The position numbers were made by a program, and so were the translations under genes. The notes below the pieces were generated by a model. The model was not told where the DNA came from and made no database searches. It was given only the letters and a program-made list of their open reading frames with translations. From positions 32,001-96,000 of the forward strand of contig CAWCMR010000009.1 of NCBI GenBank assembly GCA_963796685.1: a stretch of 64,000 nt of DNA. Direction: 5' to 3'. Below are positions 45,635 through 56,076 of the stretch, piece after piece. The DNA is from an uncultured delta proteobacterium. Its GTDB lineage: Bacteria; Myxococcota_A; Polyangia; Fen-1088. Position 1 is the first letter of the stretch. Each line of letters starts with the position of its first letter.

Positions 45635-47385
45635 GGCCGTGCCTCACCCACACAACGCCCGACACCCGCATCACGCACCTTCCGTGACCTGCTTGCCGAG
45701 AACCCTCCTTCATGGAGGCAGCCGCATGCGCAAAACCTGCGACCGGCTACACCTATGCCCGCCGGGAGCCGGAGAAGACCGCGCTCTTCCAGGTGCTCCA
45801 GCAGCACCTGCTCACCTTCGAGCAAGAGTGGACCGACAAGTCCGACGGCCGCACGCTGCCCAGCTTCGTCACCGACGAGCTACACGACTTTCTAGGGTGC
45901 GGAATCTTGGCGCGAGGCTTCGCACAATTCTTGTGCAAAACCTGCCACGAGCGGTACGTTGTGGCCTGGAGCTGTAAGGGTCGTGGCTTCTGTCCGAGCT
46001 GCGGAGGCAGACGCATGAACGCGGGTGCGCTGACTCTGGTCGATCACGTGCTGCCCGAAGTGCCCATCCGACAATTCGTGCTCACCCTGCCTTTCCCGCT
46101 GAGATTTCCCTTGGCCTTCGACGGGAAATTGCTGGGCCAAGTCCTGCGCATCTTCATCGACACCGTCGCGTCCAACTATCGCAAGCGCCTGGCAGATCGG
46201 GGCATCCCCGACGGCGAGTGCGGCGCCGTCACGGTCATCCAGCGCGCCAACAGCGACCTGCGTCTCTCACCGCATTTTCACGTTCTCCAGCTCGATGGAG
46301 CGTACGCCCCTGGGCCCGACGGCGGTGCGCCCATCTTCCACCCGGCTCCGGAACTTACCCAAGAGGACATCCTTGCCATCGTCGCGCGCGCCAGTAAGCG
46401 CATCCTCCGCTTCCTCCAACGTCGCGGGGTCATCACCCTGGTGACCGCGCCAGGCGACGGCGAGATCACCGTCGTCACCGACGAGACCATCGGCGAGAAG
46501 GATCCGCTCCTGGCTCGCTTGTTGGCCGCCGCCACCGCTGGCGCCTCGCCTGCCGGCCCTGCGCACAAGCGGGCTCCCGTGCGCATCGTGCTCGACCCTG
46601 GCGCCACGCCCGTGGCCAAGGGCAAACTATGCGGCCAGCAAGCAGGCTTCAACCTGCATGCTCAAACCAAAGTCGCCGCCAACGACAAGAAGGGTCGCGA
46701 AAACCTGTGCAAGTACATCTTGCGCCCGCCTCTCGCCAACGACCGCCTCAAGATCCTCGACGACAAAACCGTCAGGCTCGACTTCAAGAAGCCCTGGACG
46801 GATGGCACCTCGTCGGTCGACCTTGCGCCGCTCGCCCTCATTGCCAGGCTAGCCGCGATCATCCCTCCTCCTCGTCGCCATGTCGTCAGATATTCGGGGG
46901 TTATCTCCTCGCACAGCTCTCTCCGCAGCCAGGTCGTCCCCGTCCCCGCCGTGGCGGCACCCGAGGAAAAGGACAAGCCTTCACTGCCGCTCTCGCACTA
47001 TATTTCTTGGAGCCAGCTCCTCAAAAAGACATTCGAGATCGACACCGTCTGCCCTCGCTGCAAGAGCCCGCTGCATCTCATCGCCATGATCGAGACCGAG
47101 GACACCATCAAGAAGATTCTCAAAGCCATGGGACTGCCTACCGAGGCGCCCAAACTCCGGCCTGCACGACCGCCGCCCTCGCAATCTGGTGGCGAGGGCG
47201 GAGACTGGCTGAACTGACGGCACGTCGACCAGGGCGGGTTGGAGTAGACTGCCCTGCGTGCTCGAGAAAGACCCCGTCAGGCCCCAGAAACCCGGTCACG
47301 TGCGCCGTACCGACGTGATCGGGGCCAACCTAATGCGGCCCGGCAGGGTTCTCAGACGCTCAAAAACCCCCTTCGAATCGCCTAT
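45635..47385 (+). mobile_element. IS91/ISCR element copy F
   Basis: Same unit; 3' allele shared with copy A; GGCC at 47386-47389. Confidence 0.88.
45712..47217 (+). CDS. IS91/ISCR transposase (PWTDG allele)
   Basis: 501 aa, one substitution versus copies B-D. Confidence 0.93.
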   Translation: MEAAACAKPATGYTYARREPEKTALFQVLQQHLLTFEQEWTDKSDGRTLPSFVTDELHDFLGCGILARGFAQFLCKTCHERYVVAWSCKGRGFCPSCGGRRMNAGALTLVDHVLPEVPIRQFVLTLPFPLRFPLAFDGKLLGQVLRIFIDTVASNYRKRLADRGIPDGECGAVTVIQRANSDLRLSPHFHVLQLDGAYAPGPDGGAPIFHPAPELTQEDILAIVARASKRILRFLQRRGVITLVTAPGDGEITVVTDETIGEKDPLLARLLAAATAGASPAGPAHKRAPVRIVLDPGATPVAKGKLCGQQAGFNLHAQTKVAANDKKGRENLCKYILRPPLANDRLKILDDKTVRLDFKKPWTDGTSSVDLAPLALIARLAAIIPPPRRHVVRYSGVISSHSSLRSQVVPVPAVAAPEEKDKPSLPLSHYISWSQLLKKTFEIDTVCPRCKSPLHLIAMIETEDTIKKILKAMGLPTEAPKLRPARPPPSQSGGEGGDWLN

Positions 47386-47475
47386 GGCCTTGTCAACTCA
47401 ACCCGCGTGTCTGCCGGCGTGCCAAGCAGATCCGTCTTCAGCGGCGATGTCGGATCGGGTGTACGATGGCGCGTC

Positions 47476-48498
47476 ATGTCCGCTGACAAACCCGTCCATC
47501 GAGGCTCCCAGTTCGTTCGGCAGTGGCGCCTTTTGCGCACGCTGGAAGGCGCGAAGCGAGGGATGACCGTCGCCCAATTGAAAGAGGCGATCGAAGAAAC
47601 GCAATCCACGCGCACCCTTTACCGCGACCTCGAAGTTTTGCAGCAGGCGGGTTTTCCCCTGACCAACGAAGCCGGGCGCTGGCGACTGCTGGAAACCAGC
47701 GAAGGCGCCTGGGCCATCCCCGTCAGCCCCACCGAAGTCGTGGCGCTGATGATGACCGAGGATCTGCTGGCGCCCGTCGAGGGAAGTTGGCTGGCACAGC
47801 CGCTGACCGAGCTTCGCGCTCGGCTTTCATCATCCCTGACCCCCACCGGCCGTCGCTATTGCGCCGAGCTTCGCAAAGCCAACATCGCAACCCTGTTCGG
47901 CGGTGGCCACTACGGCGAAAAGCGCGCCGAGCTGGAAGCCATCCACGAGGCCATCGAAAAGCAACAGTGCGTGCGCATCGACTACGCCACCCCCGGCAAG
48001 CGCCCAGAATCACGCACGATCGACCCCTACTGTACGTGGTTTGCCGCCGGTCGCGTCTACGTCATCGCCTACTGCCACAAAGCCGAAGACACCCGCACCT
48101 TCGCCGTCCAGCGCATCAAGCACGCGCAAGTCCTGGACGAGACCTTCGATCCGGATCCCACCTTCGATCCCGCCGCCTTCACCCGCAAAGGCTTCGGCGT
48201 GTACCACGGCCCCGTCTACCGCCTGACCATCGACTTTTCGCCCAAGGTCGCCCACCTGATCCGCGAACGCCGCTTCCACGTCAGCCAGCAAGTGACCGAG
48301 GTCGGCAAAGGCGTGCGCCTGAAAATGGAAGCCGCCGGCCTGCCCGAGATCGCCGCGTGGGTGGCGGGGTTTGGCGGAGAGGCCCGGGCGGTGGCACCGA
48401 AGGAATTGGTGGAAGCGGTGAAGGGAATGCACCGGCTAGGGCTGGAGGTTGCCGAGACAGCCAGGGACGTGACCTCGGATGACACGAGGGAGTCGTAG
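47476..48498 (+). CDS. HTH-WYL-WCX transcriptional regulator
   Basis: RTLYRDLEVL..GFP; RTIDPY..YVIAYC..RTFAVQRI; FH.SQ. Confidence 0.9.
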   Translation: MSADKPVHRGSQFVRQWRLLRTLEGAKRGMTVAQLKEAIEETQSTRTLYRDLEVLQQAGFPLTNEAGRWRLLETSEGAWAIPVSPTEVVALMMTEDLLAPVEGSWLAQPLTELRARLSSSLTPTGRRYCAELRKANIATLFGGGHYGEKRAELEAIHEAIEKQQCVRIDYATPGKRPESRTIDPYCTWFAAGRVYVIAYCHKAEDTRTFAVQRIKHAQVLDETFDPDPTFDPAAFTRKGFGVYHGPVYRLTIDFSPKVAHLIRERRFHVSQQVTEVGKGVRLKMEAAGLPEIAAWVAGFGGEARAVAPKELVEAVKGMHRLGLEVAETARDVTSDDTRES

Positions 48499-48517
48499 CT
48501 TGAGGGAAAGAGACCTG

Positions 48518-49513
48518 ATGAAGAAGCGAACGGTCCAAACGAGCACCCGAACCACGGCCATGGCGAATCCTCAGGATGCCCGAAAGGTCCGCGGACGCTC
48601 GCGCGAGGATCAGGCTGCGTTCCCAGTGGCCCCCGTGCGGTCCGAGCTTCCTAAAGACTACGCCGCGGCCCTTGCTGAAATCAAAGACCGCGTTCGGCAA
48701 GAACGCCTGCGTGTCGTTCTGGCCGCGAATTCGGCCATGGTCTTGCTTTACTGGGACATCGGACGGGTGATTCTCGATCGACAGGCACGCGAGGGCTGGG
48801 GAGCGAGAGTCATCGATCGTCTGGCCGAGGATCTGCAAACCGCGTTTCCCGAGATGAAGGGGCTTTCCACGAGAAATCTGCTCTTCATGCGCGCCTTCGC
48901 GGATGCTTACCGGGAAAGGCAGAAAGTGAAACAGCTTGTTTCACAATTGCCTTGGGGACACGTCGTTCGGCTGATTCAACGTATCAAAGACCGAAACGTT
49001 CGCGACTGGTACATCCGTCAAAGCGTCCAAAATGGCTGGAGCCGCAACATCCTGGCCATCCAGATCGACGGTCGCGCTCACGAGCGCCAAGGCAAGGCCG
49101 TCAACAATTTCAAGGACACCCTGCCCCCGGCGGATTCGGATCTGGCCAGCCAAGTATTCAAAGATCCCTACCTCTTCGATTTCCTGGGTACCGCCGACCC
49201 GCGCCGCGAACGCGAAGTCGAGCAAGCGCTGGTCGATCACGTTCAGCATTTCCTGCTGGAGCTGGGCTCGGGCTTCGCCTTCGTCGGCCGCCAAGTGCGC
49301 CACCCGGACGACAAACCCAGCGTGGGCCTGCTGCTGTGCCGTTCGCGCAACAAGCTGGTCGCCGAATACGCCCTGCGCGGCCTGCGAAAGCCCGTCGGCG
49401 TCGCCGAATGGGAGACCAAGATCGTCGCCAGCCTTCCCGCCGATCTGAAAGACGGCTTGCCCACGGTCGAGGAGATCGAGGCAGAGCTGCAGTGGCGAAT
49501 CATTGTCCGGTAA
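48518..49513 (+). CDS. YhcG/DUF1016 protein with in-frame deletion of the PD-(D/E)XK core
   Basis: LLYWDIG, LPWGH, GWSRN, KDPYLFDFL, ELGSGFAFVGRQV joined directly to RHPDDKPSVGLLLC. Confidence 0.8.
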   Translation: MKKRTVQTSTRTTAMANPQDARKVRGRSREDQAAFPVAPVRSELPKDYAAALAEIKDRVRQERLRVVLAANSAMVLLYWDIGRVILDRQAREGWGARVIDRLAEDLQTAFPEMKGLSTRNLLFMRAFADAYRERQKVKQLVSQLPWGHVVRLIQRIKDRNVRDWYIRQSVQNGWSRNILAIQIDGRAHERQGKAVNNFKDTLPPADSDLASQVFKDPYLFDFLGTADPRREREVEQALVDHVQHFLLELGSGFAFVGRQVRHPDDKPSVGLLLCRSRNKLVAEYALRGLRKPVGVAEWETKIVASLPADLKDGLPTVEEIEAELQWRIIVR

Positions 49514-51835
49514 TGACAAAGGGGAGGCGTAGGGTGGCGGAGATGGAGAAGAAAGCAACGATGCCCGCACCAAAGGAACCCGTCGCGCATGCTCCCCGCA
49601 TAGCAGGACGACCATGGCACTTGCTCGCCGCTCACTCGGAGGCCGTTGCTACCCTGGCTGAAGTATTTCTTGGCAGTATCGTTGATAGCCGTTGGGGACG
49701 ACTGGCCGGTTTGTGGCACGACCTTGGAAAAGGCACCCCCGAATGGCAGACCTTCATTCGGGCCGCAGGGGAAGCTGCCCAGGAAGCACACGTCGAAGAG
49801 GCGGGAGAGCGTCGGCGCGGCCCTCCACACAGCGCAACGGGTGCTGTCCACTCGCGCCGAGTCCTGCCAGAAATCAGCTCAGCCCCATTGGCCTTCGCGA
49901 TCGCGCCATCACGGTGGGATTCCAGACAAGGAGCGGTTGCGTGAACGACTCAAGCTGCCCGAAGAGATTGAACGATACGCACGCGCCATCCAGGCCCCTG
50001 TTGACCATCGAAGTGAAGTTGGAACGCCTTCAATTCCGCCATGGATCCTTTCTCCGGTTTCGCCCCGGGCGGGCGCACGCGGTCTGGAACTATTCACCCG
50101 GATCTTGTTCTCAGCCCTGACCGACGCGGATTTCCTGGATACGGAAGCCTACTTTGCGTTGGCCGGCGATGTGGAAGCCACAAACAGAAACGCAGCACGG
50201 GCAGTCCGATGGCCCGAGCTTCGTTCGTACCAGGCGGTGTTGGATGCCTTCCTGTCAGCGAAAAGGGACAGCGCATCTCCTACCCCAGTCAACCGGCTTC
50301 GCTCCGAAGTTCTCGACGCCTGCCGTGCAGCAGGTCCGCATCCGCGAGGTGCCTTTAGTCTCACCGTCCCCACTGGCGGCGGTAAGACGCTGTCCGGACT
50401 GGCCTTCGCGCTTGGCCACGCCCACGCTCACAATCTCAGTCGGGTCATCATCGCGCTGCCCTTCACGAGCATCATCGAGCAGACAAGCGGTGTTCTGCGC
50501 GACGTTTTTGCAGACCTTGGCCCCGATGTGGTTCTCGAACATCACAGCGCGGTTGATTCCGAAAGGGTGACGGCACTGGGGCGTGTCGCAGCAGAAAACT
50601 GGGATGCGCCCTTGATCGTCACCACCCAAGTCCAGCTCTTCGAGAGCCTCTTTGCCAATCGATCGGGAGCCTGCCGCAAGCTGCACAATCTGATCGACTC
50701 GGTACTCGTGCTCGATGAGGTGCAGAGCTTGCCTTCGAACCTCCTGGAGCCAATTCTAGATGTCCTCGATGAACTGGTCCGGCACTACGGCGTCACCGTA
50801 TTGCTGATGACGGCCACGCAGCCCGCGCTTCATCGCCGCCCGATTGGTGCACGCGAGTTTCCTGGATTGACCACGGCACCACGAGAGATCATTCCCGAGG
50901 GGCTCGCGTCTAGACTCTGGGATGGGCTCCGCCGGGTCGAGGTCCATTGGCCGACCACCTGGAACGCCGACGCAAGCAAGGAGCCGGGTTCATTCTGGTC
51001 AGAGCTTGCCTCCAAGTTGGCCGAGAACCCGCAAGCTCTCGCGATTACCCACTTGAAGAAGGATGCTCAGGCACTATGGCAGGCGCTCTCCCGTTTGGAC
51101 CCGGCAGCCTTTCACTTGAGCGCGGCCATGTGTCCCGCGCATCGATCCAAGGTTCTGGCCGAGGTGAAAGACCGCCTGAAGGCAGGAGAGGGTTGTCTCC
51201 TGGTTTCGACTCAGGTCGTTGAGGCGGGTGTGGACATAGACTTTCCCGTCGTGTTTCGCGCGATGGCCGGCCTGGAATCGCTTGCACAAAGCGCTGGTCG
51301 GTGCAACCGCGAGGGCATTCGTCCGAAGGGAGATTTCTTCATCTACGAGGCACCCACTTCGCCGCCGAAGTCTCTTCGACTGCACAAAGATGTTGCCCAG
51401 ACAATGCTGGATGCCGCCCCCGACTTGGACATTTTCGAGCCAGCTACATTTCGAAACTACTTCAGCCGACTCTACGCGCACAAGGAACTGGACCTGCCCG
51501 GGGTGCAACCGATGAGGGCTGCCCTCAACTTTCAGGAAACAGCGGCTGCATTCAAGATGATCGAGCAGGCCACTACTACTGTATTCGTTCCATTTGACGA
51601 TCGCGCCGCATCCGCCTTGAAAGCTTTACGCTTCGCCGGCCCTTCGCGTGATCGGCTTCGTCTCCTGCAACGATATGGCGTCTCGGTCTACGCAAACCAG
51701 TTCAAGAGCCTGCAGGCCGAGGGCGCAATCGAAGAACTACACCCTGGTCTGTGGTCTCTTTGTTCCGACCTCAACTACGACAAGAACCTTGGTCTCCGCA
51801 CCAGCGCGGACGCCTCTGTGGCCCTCATCTTCTGA
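49513..51835 (+). pseudogene. cas3: Cas3 HD nuclease-helicase, frameshift near 49905
   Basis: H..WHDLGK..HS in one frame; HHGG, DADFLD, PTGGGKT, DEVQ, TAT, QSAGRCNR in the next. Confidence 0.88.
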
Positions 51836-51845
51836 GGAGAAACGC

Positions 51846-52487
51846 ATGCCTGAACGATCTCCAATCTTCCAAGTACGTGCACACGGTCCCATGGCCTGCT
51901 TCACTCGACCCGAGTTGAAGGTTGAGCGGGTCAGCTATGAAGTGATGACCCCCTCAGCAGCGAGGGGCATCCTCGAAGCGATTCTTTGGAAGCCTGCGAT
52001 TCGCTGGTGCATCGACCGTATCCACGTGCTGAACCCGATCAAGTTTGGTCAGCTCCGGCGGAACGAAGTAAATGGTCGGCTTTCCGAACGTGGCAATCAT
52101 GCCGCCTACTTTGCTGACGAAGACCGTGCCCAACGAAACACCCTGTTTCTGGCCGACGTCGATTACATTATCGCCGCCCACTTCGAAATGACGACCAAAG
52201 CGGGGCCAGAGGATAACCTGACCAAGTTCGTGGAGATGTTCCAGCGGCGCCTAGACAAAGGGCAACGCTTCCATCAGCCATATCTAGGTTGTCGCGAGTT
52301 CGAGGCCATCGTTGAACCAGCGCCGGATCCTCTGCCAAACCCACACGAGAGTCTGAAGGGCCTACGACCGCTCGGCCTCATCTTGCACGACATCGAGTTC
52401 GGCCCGGAGAACAAGGCCCGATTCTTCGAAGCACGTCTTGAGGATGGCGTGATGGATGTTCCCCCCTTTCAAGAGGTGCCGGCATGA
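51846..52487 (+). CDS. cas5c: Type I-C Cas5
   Basis: ACFTRPELKVERVSY..TPSAARGI, RRNEV, QPYLGCREF. Confidence 0.95.
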   Translation: MPERSPIFQVRAHGPMACFTRPELKVERVSYEVMTPSAARGILEAILWKPAIRWCIDRIHVLNPIKFGQLRRNEVNGRLSERGNHAAYFADEDRAQRNTLFLADVDYIIAAHFEMTTKAGPEDNLTKFVEMFQRRLDKGQRFHQPYLGCREFEAIVEPAPDPLPNPHESLKGLRPLGLILHDIEFGPENKARFFEARLEDGVMDVPPFQEVPA

Positions 52488-54295
52488 TCCTGAAGGCGCT
52501 ATATGACCTGGCGCGGGCAGAAAACCCGGACGACGACCTCGACTTCCAGCAAGAGCCCATCCGTTTCGTGCTTGTCCTCAGCACGGGAGGAAAGACCGGA
52601 AGAATCCTGGATAGGGGCGAACGTGTACAAGTCCGCCCTGGGTCAAATAAGACGATCTTGCGAGTGGCCCCCATGAGTATTCCCCGCCAAGAGAAGGTGA
52701 CCTCAGGAAACGATCCGCAGTTTCTCGTCAACATAGCGGAGTACCTCTTTGGGATCGATCTATCCGCCAAGAGGGAAGCTGCAAAACTCAATACACGGTT
52801 CGAGAACTTCGCGAACCAAATCGACACCCTGGCAGTTGGCGTGGCGAATGATCGCACCGCCGTCGCTGCCATTGAGGCGATCCGAGGCTTTCTAGCGTTG
52901 CCCGCTGCTGCCCGCCGAGCGGTTCTCGATGGACTGATCGGCCAAGCGCCGGCAGGCGCAGAACGTGACCGAATGAAGACTGACCTGGCGGGGGCGAAGT
53001 TCGCGATCCAGTACGAACCGACGGCGCCAAGCCTGGTTCACGACCTTGAGGCCGTGCGAGTGTATTGGGCCGCGCTTCGGAAACCGAGTGCAACGGCCCA
53101 AACGGTCCGTTGTCTCGTGACGGGTAACTTTGGTGTGGCAGCGTTGAAGCACCCTCGAATCAAAGGCGTTCCTAACGGCAACACGAGCGACGCGGCCTTG
53201 GTGAGCTTCAACGATCCTGCCGTTTGGTCCCATGGGTGGGAACGGCATGCCAATGCACATATTAGCCGAGACGCGGCCGAGTCGTGCGGAAACGCCTTGA
53301 ACTGGCTACTGCAGACCAAGAACCGTCGCCGACTCAATCTCAGCAAAGGCACGGCCGCTTTGTTCTGGGCCAAGGATGGCCAGGACCCCGGCTTCCTCCT
53401 CGGCCTGGGAGACGATCCCGAGTCCGTACGGGCGATGCTTGAGGCGCCACAGACGGCTCGCCGTCCGGCAATCGATGAGCCTGACGACTTCTTCACTGCG
53501 GTTGTCTCTGGTGCGAAGGCGCGAACCACCTTGCGGTCCTTCGTGCAAACCAGCACCCGTGCCATGCACACCAACGTTCTCGCCTACCTGTCCTCTATCG
53601 AGATCGAGCGACCGGATCGGCGCGGTGCTCGTGGCTTGTACCCGATGCGGACACTACTCGAAAGCCTCTGTCAGAAAGGCCGCGATGGCACCGATGTGCC
53701 ACCAGGCCTGGCCGTAGGGCTGTACCTGAGTGCAATCAACGGCTCGTACCCACCATCTGCGATCCTTCAGGCCGCAGTTCGCCGGAACAAAGCTGAGGCG
53801 AACTGGGATCCAAAATCTGACAGCCAGCGGGACAAGTGGTCTCGTTTCGCTGCCCGATGCGGTCTCATCCGGCTGCACCTGATCCACAACACCCACTGCA
53901 AGGAGGAATACACCGTGTCGCTCAACCCAAACAATCAACAGCCTGCCTACCTCCTTGGCCGCATGCTTGCCATCCTGGACGTAATCCAGCGAGACGTGAG
54001 CCCGAGGATCAACACAACCATCGTCGATCGGTTCTACGGATCAGCCAGTAGCACCCCCGTCGCCGTCTTCCCGACGCTTATCCGCTTGAACCGGCACCAC
54101 CTCGCAAAGCTGAGGAAGGAGAAGGCGTGGCTTGCCAATCGGCGTGAACAACTTCTGCAGGAGGCCGCCAATGGACTTCCAATCATGCCTAGAACCCTGA
54201 ATCTTGAGGGGCAAGGTCTCTTTGCCCTCGGATTCTTCCATCAACGCCAAGCCCTCTTTCCACAGAAGGATGGCGGCACACAGATCACCAACTGA
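52484..54295 (+). CDS. cas8c: Type I-C Cas8c/Csd1
   Basis: CLVTG..HPRIKGV, LVSFN, AYLLGRMLA, RFYGSASSTP, FALGFFHQ. Confidence 0.92.
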   Translation: MILKALYDLARAENPDDDLDFQQEPIRFVLVLSTGGKTGRILDRGERVQVRPGSNKTILRVAPMSIPRQEKVTSGNDPQFLVNIAEYLFGIDLSAKREAAKLNTRFENFANQIDTLAVGVANDRTAVAAIEAIRGFLALPAAARRAVLDGLIGQAPAGAERDRMKTDLAGAKFAIQYEPTAPSLVHDLEAVRVYWAALRKPSATAQTVRCLVTGNFGVAALKHPRIKGVPNGNTSDAALVSFNDPAVWSHGWERHANAHISRDAAESCGNALNWLLQTKNRRRLNLSKGTAALFWAKDGQDPGFLLGLGDDPESVRAMLEAPQTARRPAIDEPDDFFTAVVSGAKARTTLRSFVQTSTRAMHTNVLAYLSSIEIERPDRRGARGLYPMRTLLESLCQKGRDGTDVPPGLAVGLYLSAINGSYPPSAILQAAVRRNKAEANWDPKSDSQRDKWSRFAARCGLIRLHLIHNTHCKEEYTVSLNPNNQQPAYLLGRMLAILDVIQRDVSPRINTTIVDRFYGSASSTPVAVFPTLIRLNRHHLAKLRKEKAWLANRREQLLQEAANGLPIMPRTLNLEGQGLFALGFFHQRQALFPQKDGGTQITN

Positions 54296-54319
54296 AACTG
54301 AACAAGAGAGGCAAACCCC

Positions 54320-55435
54320 ATGGCACTTTCACACCGCTACGACTTCCTTCTGCTCTTTGATGTCCAGGATGGCAACCCCAACGGAGACCCGGATGCCGGA
54401 AATCTGCCGCGCATCGACCCAGAGACCGGGCACGGCCTAGTTACTGACGTGTGCATAAAGCGCAAGATCCGCAACTTCGTCCTTCTGTCGAAGACCGAGC
54501 CAGGATTCGATATCTACGTGAAGGAAAAGGCAGTTCTCGGACGAGCTCATGTCCAAGCGTTTGAGGAACTCAAGATCGCTCTCGGCGAGGAGGGCCGGCA
54601 ACCAGTGCCGCCGGATCTTGTCGAGTTGCTCGCCAGCTTCGACCTACCTGACGGGCTATCTGTCGCCGAGGAAGATGATGGCCAGATCTTGGTGGTAGCC
54701 GCAGATGCCGATCCCAAGGAGATCAAGGCCGCGCTCAAAGAAGGTGAGGCACCGGCCAAAGTGAAGGCCTTCATAGAGGCTATTCTCAAGAAGGCGAAGC
54801 CACGTAAGCCAACGGGTGATGAGAGCGACAAGGGACGCAGGTTCATGTGCGATCGGTACTTCGACGTCAGGACATTCGGCGCCGTGATGTCGCTTAAGTC
54901 GGCTCCGAACTGCGGGCAGGTTCGCGGCCCGGTGCAGCTCACTTTCAGTCGGTCTGTCGATCCGATCGTGCAACTTGAGCACAGCATCACGCGGATGGCG
55001 GTGGCCACAGAGAAGGAGGCAGAGGCACAGAGTGGAGACAACCGCACGATGGGCCGGAAGGCGACAGTGCCGTATGGCCTCTACGTTTGCCGAGGATTCG
55101 TGAGTCCATCCTTCGCACAGGACTTCGTCGAGAAAGGTGGAGACCTCAAGGGCGGTACCGGCTTCGGCGAAGCCGATCTCTCGTTGGTCTGGGAAGCGCT
55201 AGAGAAGATGTTCGAAAACGACCGCTCGGCGGCGCGCGGCCTGATGAGCACACGGAAGCTCTTCATCTTCCAGCACGAGTCTCCGCTTGGGAATGCGCGC
55301 GCTGCCGACCTCTTCGACCGCGTCACCATCAAGCGCAAGGAAGGCGTCGAAGCGCCACGAGCGTTCACGGACTACGTTGTGCAGGTGAACGAGAAGGATC
55401 TTCCAACGGGCGTCACGCTGCAAACGCGCGTATAG
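54320..55435 (+). CDS. cas7c: Type I-C Cas7/Csd2
   Basis: GNPNGDPDAGNLPRID, TDVCIKRKIR, DVRTFGAVM, GQVRGPVQ, TMGRK. Confidence 0.95.
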   Translation: MALSHRYDFLLLFDVQDGNPNGDPDAGNLPRIDPETGHGLVTDVCIKRKIRNFVLLSKTEPGFDIYVKEKAVLGRAHVQAFEELKIALGEEGRQPVPPDLVELLASFDLPDGLSVAEEDDGQILVVAADADPKEIKAALKEGEAPAKVKAFIEAILKKAKPRKPTGDESDKGRRFMCDRYFDVRTFGAVMSLKSAPNCGQVRGPVQLTFSRSVDPIVQLEHSITRMAVATEKEAEAQSGDNRTMGRKATVPYGLYVCRGFVSPSFAQDFVEKGGDLKGGTGFGEADLSLVWEALEKMFENDRSAARGLMSTRKLFIFQHESPLGNARAADLFDRVTIKRKEGVEAPRAFTDYVVQVNEKDLPTGVTLQTRV

Positions 55436-55450
55436 AAGGCCGCATCGACC

Positions 55451-56074
55451 TTGGACGACGACGAACGCCTGGTCTCGATCTCCGCGCTCGAGCATTGGAG
55501 CTTCTGCCGGCGCCAGTGTGGACTGATCCACCTTGAGGGGCTTTGGGCGGAGAATGTCCTCACCGCCAAGGGGAAGGAAATGCACGAGCAGGTGGATCTG
55601 CCCGGACTCGAACAGCGGCCGGGAATGAAGAAGTCACGGGCGCTGGCGCTAAAGTGCGACCGGCTGGGTCTGGCCGGCAAGGCGGACATGGTGGTGTTCT
55701 TCTCCGATCCGGCCTATCCACCACCGGGGCGGCCCTTTCCGGTCGAGTACAAACGCAGCGTGCGCAACAACTTCCGCCACGCCGAGCTGCAGATGTGCGC
55801 GCAGGCGCTGTGCCTTGAGGAGATGCTGAAGGTTGCCGTCCCGGCCGGTGCGCTGTATTTCGGCGCGTCCCGGCGACGACGCGAGGTGCAGTTCGATGCG
55901 TGCCTTCGCGGTGAGACCGAATCGGCCATTGCCGCCATCGCAGCCATGCTGCAAATTGGGCGAACACCTGAGCCAGAGCCGGGCAAGAAGTGCGAGCGCT
56001 GCAGCTTGCGAACACTTTGTATGCCGTCCCTGCCCACGCGCGGGCGGCTCTTGGCCTATATGCGCGAGCTGTGA
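55451..56074 (+). CDS. cas4: Cas4
   Basis: ISALEH..CRRQ, PVEYK, QMCAQALCLEEM, CERCS...C. Confidence 0.93.
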   Translation: MDDDERLVSISALEHWSFCRRQCGLIHLEGLWAENVLTAKGKEMHEQVDLPGLEQRPGMKKSRALALKCDRLGLAGKADMVVFFSDPAYPPPGRPFPVEYKRSVRNNFRHAELQMCAQALCLEEMLKVAVPAGALYFGASRRRREVQFDACLRGETESAIAAIAAMLQIGRTPEPEPGKKCERCSLRTLCMPSLPTRGRLLAYMREL

Positions 56075-56076
56075 AC

